In this document: positions 1 to 14,792 of the stretch, piece by piece
Numbering within the stretch: position 1 is the stretch's first letter
How the letters are laid out: the number at the start of each line of letters is the position of its first letter
Assembly (NCBI GenBank): GCA_023920165.1
Contig: CP089275.1
Location: 2,852,001-2,916,000, forward strand
DNA: 64,000 nt
Source of the DNA: Curvularia clavata
Taxonomy: Eukaryota
Reading direction: 5' to 3'
Notes under the pieces: generated by a model
The model's database searches: none
The model's input: only the letters and a program-made list of their open reading frames with translations
Told to the model about the DNA's origin: nothing
Made by a program: the position numbers and the translations under genes

Positions 1-3000
1 CAGTCCTGCCAATGTAGAACATGTTGTCCAAGCACTGGAGGTTGTAGGCTTGCGCAGTGTCGTTGAGCTTATTGGAAAAGTCTTCGCTAAGATCCTGACC
101 AGCGTTGTTCTTGACCATGTCGACCAGCTTAGAGTCGAGGAAGTTGTACTGGGGCTGGCTTTGCATAAAGTCAATCGTGACGAAGTAATTGGTCAAATCA
201 TAAATCTTCTCCTTGAGCCTGAACCACATGTGATTGTTATCCTGGCCGTCTTTCAGAACATCGCTGATCTTCCAGACAAGCTCTCCCTTTCTGTATTGCT
301 TGATGGCCGGCAAGAAAACCTTGGGATACCAGTCTTCTTGCTTCAGCGCTTTACTGTCGGGCATATTTGTTTGCGAGCCGGACTGGTGCACAGCCAAGGA
401 GTTGAGACTCTCCGAGATGGATGTGTTGAGCTTCAGTTGCAAGACGCGGTTCTGGGGAGTATCCTGGATGAGGTTGGGGCAGGCAAGGTATAGCGGCGGG
501 ATGATGTAGGGGTCCATGTTGGCACCAGCCATTTCCATCATGCGCTCTTGGGTAGCCTCGGTGTTAGAATCACTATGTTGCTTCTTCCAAAACGACGTCA
601 AGTCGTACACGACACCGTGGTGGCTGACATAGTAATCTGAGCCACCTTGGTGAGCGGACACTTCAGCCGTGTTCCATACCTTGTCTTTGTTGGGACACAA
701 GAGTTTACCGAAAGCGACAATGTAGAAGACGACAACGCCATTGAGTAGCATGATGAGCATGACGAGAACGAGCTTCTCTCGCCATGCCATACGGACATCA
801 GGCCGTTTCATTCGTCCAACCCACTTGAGTACGGGCGAAGGAATCCAGAACGTAAGTGCCCAGACGAAAGCGACCCAAAGCCTTCGTGTAGTCGTCAAAC
901 TGGTCTGAGTGACGACTCCATTGCCAGATGACTCGAGGTCGAAATAGGTGACACCCTTATTTTCATCACCCTTCATACCAAGACCGTAGTCACCGGGCCC
1001 TGTTGTGGGGACGGTTCGTGCGGTGGGAGCAAGTGATTTGGCATCTGCAGCAACGCCGCCTGCGTGCAGACTGGTGGTGCTTTGAAATGGGTTTTGAGGA
1101 GTGGCAGACCGCGCTTCGGGGAGTGGTGGGAAGAAGGCGCTTGCTGTAGGCGGAAGCTGGTTGTTGAATCCGTTGTCCATGCCTCCCACCATGCCAGAAG
1201 CGCCAAGTTCTTGGGTCTTGAGGTCGAGCTGCGACTCTGCCTCCCACCATACGCCTTCTCTTACCCATACGCGTTCCTTGCCGACCACAACTTCACCGTT
1301 GCTCCAGCCTCGCTGGAGAATCCAGTTTTGAATGCCCTCTTGGCCGTCCATGCAGCCAAGGGGAGCATATCGGTCGTGGAACTCGTGATGATCAAAATCG
1401 GCCGTAAAGTCAAGACTGCGGTTACGGCGGTTGGCCCATTCAGGCAGGCGCCATTCACGCAGCTGACGAGAGATGACGCCAGCTTGCCAGATCGAGTTGA
1501 GGTCCTGGTTCAGAGACGTGGGGATGCTGTCAGAGGGGTGGAGCGCAAGATGGAACCACACTCTGCTGCTGGCCACGGTCATGGCCAGGTCGAAGCGACC
1601 GTGCTTGCCAAGGACAATGCCACCGCCTTGCACAGGATACAACAGCTTCTTTACAAAGTTGTCCTGCTGCGGGATCTCGAGGCCAAGTTTGTCCAAAACA
1701 GCCTCACGCTTCTCCAACTCGGCTTCCAATTCGCGTGTAGCCGCACCATTGATGCCCAAATCGTGGCCGCAAGTCTGTACAGCATCCCTCATACTCTCGA
1801 GCACCGAGCTGGCGACCGGGGGTACAGGCACACCGTCATCACGCATCTCAGCGTTAATGCCCTCGCTGTCATCAAACACAGTACGGAGTGCAACTGCCTT
1901 GCCAAGGGCTCGGCTGGGGATGTCAACAACGGTGATGTTGACAATATCTCCATCCTCGGACTCGGCAGGAGTCAGAACACCACTGCCATCGCTATCGTCC
2001 ATGGCATAACCAGTCTTGGCACGTTGGATCTCGTCCCTGATGGAGGCGTTGGCGTGGGCAATGACAAAATCGACAATGGCCTCGTAGATGCCGCCAATGG
2101 CGACTTCGCGTTCGTTGGAGGCAAGCTTCTGACGGAAGGTGCCTTCGGGAAGATCCATGAGGGTCTCGACATCCTCACACACGGATGCAAGCGCCTCCTC
2201 ATCCATGAAGTAATCCAGCGTGTTGCCCAACTTCAACAGTCCAGTCAGGCAGCTGATGAGGCTGGTTAGCTTTTGGCCCTTGATACCAATAGCCTTGAGG
2301 TTTGCGCGAAAGTCCTCGGCAGCTGCAGCATCGTCGGCGTCGGGAAGGTAGGATGGGGGGTCATAGGTGCCGGATCGGCGGAGAAGGGCGTATTTGTCGA
2401 GCGACTGGATATCCAAGTATTCCCTCTCCTGCTTGGATGCGGAACTAGAGTTGAGGTAGTAGAAGACATCGAAAGCACGGTAGCCAGCCTGCGAGGGGAT
2501 CTGCAGTAGGCCTTGGTGGACATCGAGGCCAGATGTCGAGAGCTTGATTTCAGCACCAACGACAGTGCCGGCGAGATTAATGGTGAAGATGGAGGCCAAT
2601 GCCGAGTAGCGGGGTGTGGATGGATTTTGCGGCGTAACACAGTGGGTAAAGGCCTTGAGGGCCTCGAGGGCAATGTAGAAGTTGGAGGGAAGCGAGAGCG
2701 GCAGGCTGGAGACGAAGGGAGAGAAGAGCGAGGGGCTGGATTCATGCAGCGAGCTGGAAAGGTCGTGTTAGTCGATGATGATGGATGGCAAAAAAAAGGT
2801 AGTAGGTAGCAATGCTTACGCCAAAACTATACATCCGTCTTCAGCTCTCCTGCGAGCATGTTCCCAGGCCTTCCGGCCGAGCTCGAGGTCGACGGTACCG
2901 CCGATGCGGTTGTCGATGATGCTCTTGGCATTCACCCACGTGTTTACCACGACGCTGGTGCTGGCCTCGAGGTTGTATGAGCGGCCATTCTTGAAGGCCG

Positions 3001-3118
3001 AGTTGAGCGTGTTGAGCAGTGTGGTCGTGGATGTCTGCGTGGGCTGGGCTCCACCACGGGGCGCGGTGGTGGACGCGGTCGAGTAAACCGACATGCGGGA
3101 GTTGTTGACGAAGCTCAT
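1..3118 (-). CDS. Class VII chitin synthase with degenerate myosin-motor-like N-terminus (CsmB/ChsVII type); 5' part only, runs off the window start
   Basis: ATG at 3118 (MSFVNNSRMS...). GTAAGC...CTAAC...CAG intron at about 2753-2819. The downstream frame contains the WREK region shared with the class V enzyme and a cytochrome-b5-like segment (HGVVYDL). It is head-to-head with the class V gene, the established arrangement. Confidence 0.88.
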
Positions 3119-3645
3119 GGCGGAGGGCTGAGGCGGGTCGCCCCTTGTGCAGATGCGTGGCCGTCGATGCTATAACGAGGGTCTGCCAGACGTCAAGGGC
3201 GTGTCGAGAGCGTGGCCGTTCGCCAGTGTCAGGGACGCAAGGCCAAAGAGAGTTAGGGGGGAGGAAGGGATGGCGATTACAACCTGTTGCTGAGCGCAGC
3301 AACAAGAAGAACTATAGCGAGCGAATTGATTAAACGATAGTATGGGGAAAAAAAAGAAGACGAGATGCAGACACACTCAACGAGAGGGACTCGTCGGACG
3401 TAGACAGAGAGCAGCAGAGCAGGCCGACGATGTTTGTTGGCTGAGGGCGGCGACAATTCGACGATTCGCGGCTAGTCTCAACAGGGCATGGTGCGGAGCG
3501 ACTAAGGGGGATTAGGCGGCGGCCGGTGTTTGGTACGGGGGAGGCGAAGCACCAGCACCGGCACCAGCACCAGCATCAATGCATCAACACCATGCCGACC
3601 TGGGATACGGGGTGGCGCTGGCAAGAGAGCGAGCGGACGAGCCCC

Positions 3646-3655
3646 CTATTTTTAG
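3646..3655. promoter_or_regulatory. Candidate Rlm1/RlmA (cell-wall-integrity MADS factor) site in the chitin synthase bidirectional promoter
   Basis: CTATTTTTAG matches the CTA(A/T)4TAG consensus exactly and lies between two divergent cell-wall genes. Confidence 0.45.
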
Positions 3656-5083
3656 CCGATGGGGGTAATGGGTTGCAACGTTGTTGGTCCGGTGTGACCA
3701 TGAGGACATGGCGGCATGGAGAAAAAAATGATGGCGATATATTTTTTTTATTGCTTCTCAGCTCACGTCGTGCCGTGACGACGTATCGATAAGACACAGC
3801 CGGCCCATGGGGATCGGATCGCTGCCGCCATGGTCATGACAATAATGGAGGCTTCCTGTTGAGCGCAGGGGGGCCCGGCAGCACAGGCAGGCTGACCAAT
3901 GTCGACACGGGCTCCCCTTCATCTCGTGCTCGCAGACCCGTACTGGTTAGATTTGTACGCAGCGCAGGTGGTACATGATAGAGTGGGCATGTCCATGAGC
4001 GTTTCACCCTCTGCCAATGGCACCGAGGCAGCTCCGTCATGCTTGTATGGGGTTGCAGGATATTCACTTGTAATATTTTTCTCCGTACCGAGTACAAGTA
4101 TGCACGTTAGCCTAACGCAGCATCGTCACGTGACGGCCGCGCAATCGATAATGCTCTCGCCAGCTACTAGTGCATTGCAACATGCACCCAACCACAACCG
4201 TATGTGCCGCCGCCGTCATCGTCGTTCCCGCCATGGCAAACGCGGGCGCCCGCTCTCGCTGCTTGCTTCTTTGCTGTTTACTTTGTTCTTCCTCCCCTGC
4301 TTCTTCGCCGTCCGGTGCCCAATGTCAACAAACTCAACCGCGCCGGAGCACCGCCCTGCATGCTGTTGCGCTGACGGCATCGTGTCTCGCCGCATGGCGT
4401 CACGTCATGCACCAGTCCAACGGCATCAATGGTTGCAGCGGCCGCCAGAGAACGGGAAATACTCCGCAAGGCAAGGCAAGGCTGCTCGTCTTGGCCGCGT
4501 CGATACATCTCGAAGCAGGCGGGTGGAGCCGTGGAAGCGGATCCGTTGCCCAATAGCCCGCTTTGGCGTATTCTATTCTATTTTTGCGCCCCCTTTTCGT
4601 GATCGCTGGGTCTCCTGGCCAACGCTGGGCGCGGGCTGGCGTGTGCAGGCGGCGGGCACGGCTTAGCCTGAGGGTGCTAGCTGACAGGCATTAGGCATGC
4701 GGCGGCCCATGCGCCCTCGCTGCACACGGCCAGCCTTCACAACACTCAGAGAGACCCCTTTGCTAGCCATCTGTCAACGGCCTCGACATCTTCTACCTTC
4801 GTTTGTACCCTCTTCTCGACGCTCGCTGCTTGTAATTCCCCTTCGTAGGCCTCGCTCCGTGGTGTGGCCATCATATTTTATTTTTTTCTTGGGCTGCCCT
4901 GTCCGGCTCCCCTGCTTCAGCCAGCCAGCCCTACCGACACGGCCGGCGACCAAGGCTCTCCGCACCCAGCATCCATCACCAACCCAAACTACACTGCGCC
5001 TGCCCTCTAATCCTGCGCCCGCCCCTGCCTGACACCTACAGTCGCTACCAACGCTCCCACGGGGACGCGTCTGCCCGCCCATC

Positions 5084-8000
5084 ATGGCCTCCAATCCGCT
5101 GCAGAATCCCTCGCTGCCCTCGCTGCCCCAGCACCAGCAAAACGACACGGGCTTGACCTCTGCCCTTGCCAGCCGCTACCACGCCCATCTGCCCATCGCC
5201 TGCCTCTCCTCCCAAGGCATTGTCGCCATTAACACCTGCACTGACTCGAGTCTCGGCGTCGATGGCGGCAAGGAGGGAAGTGCCCAGCAGGCCGCTGAAG
5301 ACCTCGCTCAGAGGGCCTACACGCGCCTCGGACAGCGTTCTGAGGACCAGGCTGTCGTTTTCCTGTACGTTCCCTCCCCTGTGATGCCAACATGTTTGTC
5401 GTCTAACCTCCATCAGCGGTGAATCAGGTGCCGGAAAGACAACCATTCGTGGCCACATGCTGAGGGCTTTCCTCTCGTACTCGGCCACGCCCCTGTCCAA
5501 AAAGATTGAGCATGCAAACTTCGTCTTTGATGCTTTTACCACAACAAAGTCTCTCACTACCCCACAAGCCTCCAAATCTGGTCTCTTATTAGAGCTCCAG
5601 TATAATACCGCCACAGCCAGCCACGCCACCCTCCTGGGTGCCCAGTTCCTCGCCCATCGTCTCGAACGCAGCCGTATCGCCTCAGTGCCAACTGGAGAGC
5701 GAACCTACCACATCCTCTACTACCTCCTCGCCGGCACCAGTCTCAATGAGAAGAAGCACCTGTTTCTCGATACCGTAGGTGGCGATGCCGGAGGTAACCG
5801 TGCTTCTCTCGGTGCCAACAAGAGATGGCGGTACCTTGGCCATCCCACGCAGCTCAAGGTGGGCATCGATGATGCCAAAGGCTTTGCCGATTTCAAGTCG
5901 GCTCTGCGCCGTCTGGAATTTGGCAAGGAGAGCATCGCTGGTATCTGCGAGGTCATGGCTACGATCCTGCACATTGGCCAGCTCGAGTTTGAAATGGGCC
6001 AGAGCACAACGCCAGCGCCCGACGAGAGCGGCGGATACTCGCACGAGGGTGGCGAATCTATTACTGTCGTCAAGAACAAGGACGCTCTTGCTCCCATTGC
6101 CCAATTCCTCGGTGTTGCTATCCCCAGCCTCGAGCAAAGTCTGCGATACAAGTCCAAGACACTCTATCGTGAGCGTGTCACCGTCATGCTGGATCCCAAG
6201 GGCGCCCGGGCCAACGCAGATGAGCTGGCCCGCTCTCTCTACTCGCTTCTCGTCACATGGGTTATGGAGCAAATGAACTCGAGAATCTCCGTGCCTGTCG
6301 ACGAGATTTCCAACACGGTGTCACTTGTTGATTTCCCCGGTTTTGCCAACTTTGCCTCAACCGGCTCGGCTCTGGACCAGCTGCTCAACAACACCGCCAA
6401 TGAGTCTCTGATCTCTTTCTGCCAAGAGAGCTTTTTCCAGCGCCAGATTCAAGAACTCGAGGCCGAAGAGATTTCCCTGCCTCCAATGGCTTTCTATGAC
6501 AACACAGCCGTAAAGACTGGCTTGATGAAGCCAGGCAATGGTCTGCTCAGCATCCTGGACGATCAGATGCGTCGTGGCAAGACCGACATGCAATTCCTCG
6601 AGGCAATTCGCAAGCGTTTCGACGGCAAGAACCAGGCCATCATTCCCGGTAGCCTGACAGTCGTGCAGCCAGGAAGCAACTTCCCTACGCCCAATACCTC
6701 GCCTGCCTTCACCATCCGCCACTTCACTGGTGACGTAGACTACAGCGTCGAGGGCCTGTTGGAGGAGAATGCTGAACTCATCTCCGGTGACATGATGCAT
6801 CTGCTCAAGTCTGCCCAGGCTCCTTTTATCCAGCAGCTTTTCGGCCAGGAGGCCCTGCAGAAGATGTCCCACCCCAAGGAAAAGACTACCATTGTGCAAG
6901 CCACTGTCAGCTCCAAGCCCACCCGCCAGCCCAGCATGGCTAGGCGCAAGGCCGACAAGACTGGGCGTTTCGGACGTCAGCTCAACGTTTTTGACGAAGA
7001 TGCCATGAGCGACTCGGAAAGCGTTGCCTCAACCGCAAAGAAGTCTGGCGATTCATCCAAGCAGACGGGTGCTGCTGGTCAATTCATCAGTTCGCTCAGG
7101 ACTATCGAATCGACGCTGCGCAAGGCTAACCCCTACTTCGTCTTTTGTTTGAAGCCCAATGACCGCCGAATCGCAAACCAATTCGACAGCAAGTGCGTTC
7201 GCCAACAGGTGCAAGCCCTCGGCATTGCTGAAATCAGCCAACGTCTGCGCGTTGCCGACTACAGCATCTTCATGCCATTTGCTGAGTTCCTTGGTCTTGC
7301 TCAGACAGACCTGGCCATTGTAGGAAGCGACAAGGAGAAGGCTGAGATGGTCCTTGACCAGAAGCCTTGGCGCGAGAACGAAGCCCGTGTCGGTGCCACT
7401 GGTGTCTTCCTGAGCGAGAAGTGCTGGCTTGAGATTGCCAATATCTCAGAGGTCACTCCCTACGCTCGCGGCGGCGTCGACTCCAACGACAATCTGCATA
7501 CCCCAGACGCTGGTCGATCTTTTGGCGACGTTCGAGCTGGTCTGCTTTCTCCGTCACCTGGATACTACGATGACAAGGGCGGCAACTACTTTGGTGCCCG
7601 AGACATTGATGCTCGTTCAGAAGCCCCCTCGGGTATCACCAATGGCGACATGTTCCATGGCTTGGAGCAGCCAAAGGCCCTCGATGAGAAGGCGGAAGAC
7701 GCCAAGCTCGAAGAAGTTGAAACAGTCCCAGTCTCTGGCAGCCGAAAGCGATGGGTTTTCATCGTGTACCTCATGACTTGGCTCATCCCCGACTGGGCCA
7801 TTAAAGTCATTGGCCGGATACCCCGCAAGGATGTCCGAATGGCATGGCGTGAGAAACTTGCTATCAACATGATCATTTGGTGGAGTTGTGCCTTTGTCAT
7901 TTTCCTCATGATTGGTTTCCCTCGAGTCATCTGTCCTACTCAACACGTCTACTCTACCGCTGAATTGTCCTCGTTTGACGGCAAGGACGACAGGAAGGCT

Positions 8001-10709
8001 TATGTCGGCATCCGAGGTGTCGTCTACGATCTTGGCCAATTCATACCCCATCACTACCCTAGCATTGTCCCGCAAAAGAACTTGGAAAAGTACGCCGGAA
8101 AGGACGCCACCAATCTGTTCCCTGTACAAGTCTCCGCTTTGTGCTTGGGCAAGGACGGCAAAGGAGTCGACCCCGCGGTGCAGCTGAACTACAAGAGCTC
8201 CAACTACACCGACTCTCTTGTCAACAACTTGATCAGTGCCACCGACGTCAACGCTCAATACCACGACTTCCGCTACTTCACCAATGATTCCCGCCCCGAC
8301 TGGTGGTATGAACAGCAAATGTTCCTCAAGGCAAACTACCTCAAGGGTCGCATTGGTTACAGTCCTCAGTACCTCAAGACACTTGCTTCCAAGAACAATG
8401 CCATTGCCTACATGAACGGCAAAGTATACGATCTCACAGACTATCTTCCTGGTGGTCGTCAGCTCAAGTTCCCTCCAGGTCAAGATCAAGGCGATGCCCA
8501 AATCGATACAAACTTCCTTGCCGATTCCGTTGTGGATATTTTCCGAGTCCAGTCTGGTAAAGATATCAGCAAGTATTGGGACAACCTTCCTCTGAACGCC
8601 GAGACCAAGTCGAACATGTTGACCTGTCTGAACAACCTTTTCTACGTCGGTGATCTCGACACGAGGAACTCGGCAAGGTGTCAATTCGCCACCTATTTCC
8701 TGCTTTCCATCTCCATCATGCTGGCCGCCATTGTCCTGTTCAAGTTCCTTGCAGCTCTCCAGTTTAGCCGCAAGACCGATCCAGAAAACCTTGACAAGTT
8801 CATCATCGCCACTGTCCCTGCGTATACCGAGGACGAAGAGTCTCTTCGCCGCGCCATCGATTCCGCAGCCCGAATGAAGTACGATGACAAGCGCAAGCTT
8901 CTCGTCATTGTCTGTGACGGTATGATTATCGGTCAAGGCAACGACAAGCCTACCCCACGTATCGTGCTCGACATTCTTGGTGTTCCCGAGGCCACTGATC
9001 CAGACCCACTGAGTTTCGAGAGTTTGGGTGAAGGCCAGCGCCAGCACAACATGGGCAAGTGCTACTCTGGTCTGTACGAGGTGCAAGGTCACATTGTTCC
9101 CTTCTTGGTCATTGTCAAGGTTGGAAAGCCCTCGGAAGTCTCCAAGCCCGGTAACCGTGGAAAGCGTGATTCTCAGATTGTCCTTATGCGATTCTTGAAC
9201 CGCGTTCATTACAACCTGCCTATGAGTCCCTTGGAGCTTGAGATGCATCACCACATTCGCAACATTATCGGAGTCAACCCCACCTTTTACGAGTTCCTCT
9301 TGCAGATTGACGCCGATACTGAAGTCGCACCTGATTCCGCCACCCGATTCGTCGCAGCTTTCCTCCACGACACTCGTCTGCTTGCTATTTGTGGTGAAAC
9401 CGCTCTGAGTAACGCAAAGTCGTCGTTTGTTACGATGATGCAGGTCTACGAATATTTCATCTCCCACAACCTGACCAAGGCCTTTGAAAGTCTGTTCGGC
9501 TCCGTCACGTGTCTTCCCGGTTGTTTCACCATGTACCGCATTCGCGCTGCCGAGACTGGAAAGCCGCTCTTTGTTAGCAAAGAAGTCGTCGAGGCCTACC
9601 AAGAGATTCGAGTCGATACGCTGCACACCAAGAACTTGCTGCATCTCGGAGAAGATCGTTATCTGACTACGCTGCTTATCAAGTTCCACCCCAAGTACAA
9701 GACAAAGTACACGATGCGAGCACACGCCTGGACCGTCGCCCCTGATAGCTTCTCCGTCTTCATGTCGCAACGTCGTCGCTGGATCAACTCCACTGTGCAC
9801 AACTTGGTCGAACTGATTCCGCTGCAGCAACTGTGTGGTTTCTGCTGTTTCAGTATGCGCTTCATTGTGTTCATGGATCTCCTCTCGACTGTTGTACAGC
9901 CCGTCATCATCATCTACATTGGTTACCTTGTTTACGTCCTCGTGTACACGCCAGACGTGGTACCTATAACGGCTTTTATTCTTCTCGGTGCCATTTACGG
10001 TTTGCAAGCCATCATCTTTATTGTCCGACGCAAATGGGAAATGATTGGTTGGATGATCATCTACCTCTTTGCCACTCCCATCTTCTCCTTTGGTCTCCCT
10101 CTGTACTCTTTCTGGTTCATGGATGACTTTTCTTGGGGTAACACTCGTCTCATCACTGGTGAAAAGGGTCAAAAGATTGTCATTTCCGACGAAGGCAAGT
10201 TCGACCCCGCCTCTATCCCCAAGAAGCGATGGGAAGAATACCAGGCAGAGATGTGGGAGCAGCACACGATCCGCGACGACCGCTCCGAAGTTTCGGGTTA
10301 CACGTACGCCACCAGGAAGCCATTTGGCGCCGGATCGGTCGCAGGTTCAGAATATGGAGGCATGCCCCCATCTCGATCCATGTCTCGTCTCAACATTCCG
10401 GGCTATGACAACCATTCGCGGTTGAGTCTCGCCCAAAGTGGCCACGGAATGGACAGTATGGAGATGGCCAACCTGCCAAGCGACGAAGCAATCCTGGTTG
10501 AGATCAAGGACATTTTGTCCAAGTCCGACCTCATGAATGTCACCAAGAAGCAGATTAAGAGCGAACTAGAACAGAGGTAAGGTTTCTTGAACATTGCACA
10601 TCACGATGGAAGCTAACATTTGAACAGATTTGGATGTGATCTCACGCTTAAGAAGCAGTTCATCGGCTCTGCCGTCGAGTCGCTACTCATCAGCGGACAG
10701 CTGTACTAG
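5084..10709 (+). CDS. Class V chitin synthase with N-terminal myosin motor domain (CsmA/ChsV type)
   Basis: Exons 5084-5364, 5417-10576 and 10628-10709. Splicing restores the myosin P-loop GESGAGKT. Catalytic motifs QIDADT, LGEDRYL and QRRRW are present, with a C-terminal DEK-like tail. Confidence 0.96.
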
Positions 10710-11467
10710 GACTCTTGAGCTTGTTGATTTGTGATTTGTTCTGCGAGGCCAGCCTCCAGCGCGTGGCTTCATCTGTGATTATTATCCTAATGTCGCATTC
10801 TCAATCCATCGGAGTTCAGTTTGAACGGGGCGTTTATTTATTGGGAGCTATGGAAATGTTGCGCTTGTAGTCTGTCATTTACAATGATTTTGCATTGGGA
10901 AGGGAACAAAAATATAGGAGTAGATATACCGCCGTAAGATACGTAAAGCTCAGTACGAAGCATTAAATAATAATCCCTGCCTTGAACTTGTCTTGAGACA
11001 GTGGTATTATCGAGTCGAGTGTTTGGCCAATGATTGGCCCAAGCGCCTGCAGAATTACCCCTCCAAAGCCGCACGCCGCCGCCACACAATAATCGATAAC
11101 AGAGTGGAAATTCGCTGCCTAGAGTGTGTGTGCTTTGCATCTGCCGCGGCTTCTGGTACAAATTCCTAAACATTCTTTCCCGCATACGGTCCAGGCCTTT
11201 ATTGGTTGCAGTCTTTGACTCACGGGACCTGGGTTCTTATTGGGCTCCAGTTTTACTACTGCCACACTTGTTGGCCACTCCTTCATCGGCTGCCTGCTGC
11301 TTGCTACTTGACAGCGCTAGCACCGCCGCGACGCCGCTTCGTGCTGATTGTCTCTCCATTCACTTTTCGAGTGCGACGTTACGATACTCGCCGTCGAAGC
11401 ATCCTCCTTGCGACCACTGTACATACTCTCTCGTCTACCCACCTCGACTTGATACCCTGTATACGCG

Positions 11468-14400
11468 ATGGCACCAAAGAAGAAGGGCAACAAGAAGGCC
11501 CAGGATGATGACTGGGAGGCCGAGCTGGGCGAGTCTATTGCGCCCCAGAATGGCGACGCAGCAGAGCCAAACGTTGAAGATGCTGCCGCAGATGACGACA
11601 TTGCGGGTGGAGGTCTGATGGCTGCGCTCGCAAAGCGGGGCAAGAAGAAGAACAAAAAGGGCGCCAACACAGATGTTGAAGGCGAAGACCCGACGGATGA
11701 AGCAAATGGCGGCTTCGAGAACAAGGCGCCCCAAGAAGGAACCTTTGACGACGATGACGACGATGTTTTCGCTGGCAACTACGGCAAGAAGAAGGGCAAG
11801 GGTGGCGCTGCAAAGGCAGAGGAGCCTGCTGAGGAGAAGCCCGCCGATGTACCGCGAGTGAAGACCAAGGCAGAAAAGGAAAAGGAAAAGAAGGAGAAGG
11901 AGAAGCAGCGGAAGAAGGAAATGGTATGTTTGTAATACGGAATACTGTTCTCGGCTAACACACCAAGTAGGCTGCGAAGAAGAAGGCCAGTGGTCCTGCG
12001 AAGCCCGAGCCTGCAAAGGCTGCCGAATCCAAGCCAGCTGCTGCCGCCCCCTCTACACCTACACCTGCTGCTGAGCCTGCTCCTGCTGCGGGAGGCAAGA
12101 AGAAGAAGATTAATCCTGCTCTAGCTGCCCTTCAGAAACAACAAGAGGAGCGCAGGAAGAGGGAAGAGGAGATTGCGCGTGCCGAGGCCGAAGAAAAAGA
12201 GCGGTTGCTGGAGCTGGAACGACAAGAGGCAGAAGAGCAAAAGCGCAAAGAAGAAGCAAAGGCACTGAAGAAGCAAAAGGAGAAGGAGAAGATTGAGCAA
12301 CTGAAGAAAGAGGGCAAATACCTGACCAAGGCCCAGAAGGAAGCAAAGGCCAAGAACGAGCTGCGCCTCCAGCAGTTGCTCGAACAGGGCGGTACAAAGG
12401 TCGCAGGATTGGCTGAGGAAGGCGAAAAGAAGAAAAAGCCCGTCTACGATGACCGAAAGAAGAAGAAAAAGGGCGAGAGCCAGAAGGAGAAGGAGGCCCG
12501 AGAGGCTGAAGAGGCTGCGAAGAAGATGGAAGAGCTCAGGCTGGCTGAGGAACAAGCTGCCAAGGCGGCCGAAGAGGCCGAAAAGGCTCGCCTGGATGCA
12601 GAGGCGAAGAAGGGTGAAGACGGCGACTCTGGCGATGACTGGGAGGCCCAAGCGGACGAGATGGAAGGCGTCAAAGACAGCTGGGATGTCGACACCGATG
12701 AGGAGGAAGAGCGCAAGGCGAACGAGAAGAAGGCCAAGGAAGAAAAGGCTGCAGCAGAGAAAGCAGCTATCGAGCAGGCTAAGAAGAAGGATGAATCAGA
12801 ATCAGATTCCGAAGACGACAGTGATGATTCATCCGAGGACGAACAAGGAACTGCTGCTCAGCGGGCTGAAGCTGCGCGCAAAGCCGCTGCTGCTGAACGA
12901 CGCAAGCAAGCTCACGAGGAGGCCCTGGCAGCACGATCCAAAGACAACCTCCGCTCTCCCATTTGCTGTATTCTTGGTCACGTCGATACTGGTAAAACAA
13001 AGCTGCTTGACAAGATCCGTCAGACCAATGTCCAGGAAGGCGAGGCTGGAGGTATTACCCAACAGATTGGTGCCACATACTTCCCCGTCGAAGCGCTCCA
13101 GAAGAAGACGGCCGTCGTCAACAAGGACAATGAGTTCGTCTTCAACGTCCCTGGTCTCCTCATTATCGATACGCCTGGTCACGAGTCTTTTACTAACCTC
13201 CGATCTCGTGGTTCGTCGCTCTGTAACATTGCTATCCTCGTCATCGATATCATGCACGGTCTTGAGCCGCAAACTATTGAGTCTATGAAGCTGCTCCGAG
13301 ACAGGCGAACGCCTTTCATTGTAGCCCTCAACAAGATTGATCGTCTGTTTGGCTGGAAGAAGATTGACAATAACGGTTTCGAAGACAGTTTCAGCCTCCA
13401 GAAGCCCTCTGTTCAGAGTGAATTCGAGGAGCGATGGAAGTTTGTCCGCACGCAGCTGCAAGAACAGGGATTCAACTCGGAGCTCTTCTTCAAGAACAAG
13501 AACATGTCCAAGTACGTGTCCGTGTGCCCAACCTCGGCGCATACCGGAGAGGGTATCCCCGACATGATCAAGCTCATTGTCAAGCTTACTCAAGAGCGTC
13601 TGACAAACAACCTCATGTACCTGTCCGAGGTCGAGTGCACGGTTCTTGAAGTCAAGGTCATTGAGGGTCTCGGTACGACCATCGATGTCGTCTTGTCCAA
13701 CGGTGTTCTTCACGAAGGTGATCGAATTGTGCTATGCGGTAACCCAGAACCTATAGCAACCAACATTCGAGCCCTCTTGACGCCAGCTGAGATGAAGGAG
13801 CTGCGTGTCAAGTCACAATATGTGCACAACAAGGAGGTCAAGGCTGCCATGGGTATCAAGATTGCTGCCGATGGCCTCGACCAGGCTATTGCTGGTTCGC
13901 GACTGCTCGTTGTCGGTCCGGATGACGACGAGGAAGACCTCATGGACGAAGTCATGGGTGACCTGGCTCACCTGCTTAGCAAGGTCTCCAAGACTGGTCG
14001 TGGTGTTTCCGTCCAGGCTTCTACCCTTGGATCTCTCGAGGCGTTGCTCGAGTTCCTGCGCGTCTCCAAGATTCCCGTCTCTACCATCTCTATCGGTCCC
14101 GTCTTCAGGAAAGATGTGCTTCGTGCGGGTACCATGTTAGAAAAGGCCAAGGAGTACGCCGTCATGCTGTGCTTCGACGTCAAGGTCGACAAGGAAGCAA
14201 AGGCTTATGCCGATGAGATTGGTGTCAAGATCTTCGAGGCTGACATCATCTACCATTTGTTCGACAAGTTTACCGCGCACATGAAGCAGCTCGAGGAGCA
14301 GAGGAAGGAGGAGTCCAAGATGCTTGCCGTCTTCCCTTGCGTCCTCAAGCCCGTTGCCGTTTTCAACAAGACCAACCCCATCATCATTGGTGTGGACGTT

Positions 14401-14792
14401 GTTGAAGGCGCCCTGCGCATGACAACACCCATTTGCGCCATCAAGAAGAATGCTACTACCGGCGCCAAGGAAATCATTCAGCTTGGGCGAGTGTAAGTCT
14501 TCCTCTTCTCACCCACCTCCATGACACAATTTAACTAACTTGCCGCAGTACCTCCATCGAGCGTGACCACAAGCCCATGCAAATCTGCAAAAAGGGTCAG
14601 CCCTCTGTCGCCGTCAAGATTGAAGCCAGCAGCCAGCCCATGTACGGTCGCCACCTCGAAGAAGGCGACACGCTGTATTCGGCTGTTAGCAGGAAGAGTA
14701 TCGATACACTCAAGGAGTTTTTCAGAAGCGATGTCAGTCAGGAGGAGTGGAAGTTGATTGTGCAGCTCAAGCAATTGTTTGATATTCAGTAG
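11468..14792 (+). CDS. FUN12: Eukaryotic translation initiation factor 5B
   Basis: Introns 11924-11970 and 14493-14548. K/E-rich N-terminus; G-domain motifs [16 protein letters not shown] and NKID. Confidence 0.96.

Noticed and set aside
1064..2269. Long plus-strand ORF (401 aa), likewise the minus-strand ORFs 7617-10265 and 12829-13713
   Set aside because: These are antisense shadows of the codon-biased chitin synthase and eIF5B genes.
3899..4666. 255 aa ORF between the chitin synthases
   Set aside because: Non-ATG start, no protein-like composition, and it lies in a GC-rich promoter/UTR region.
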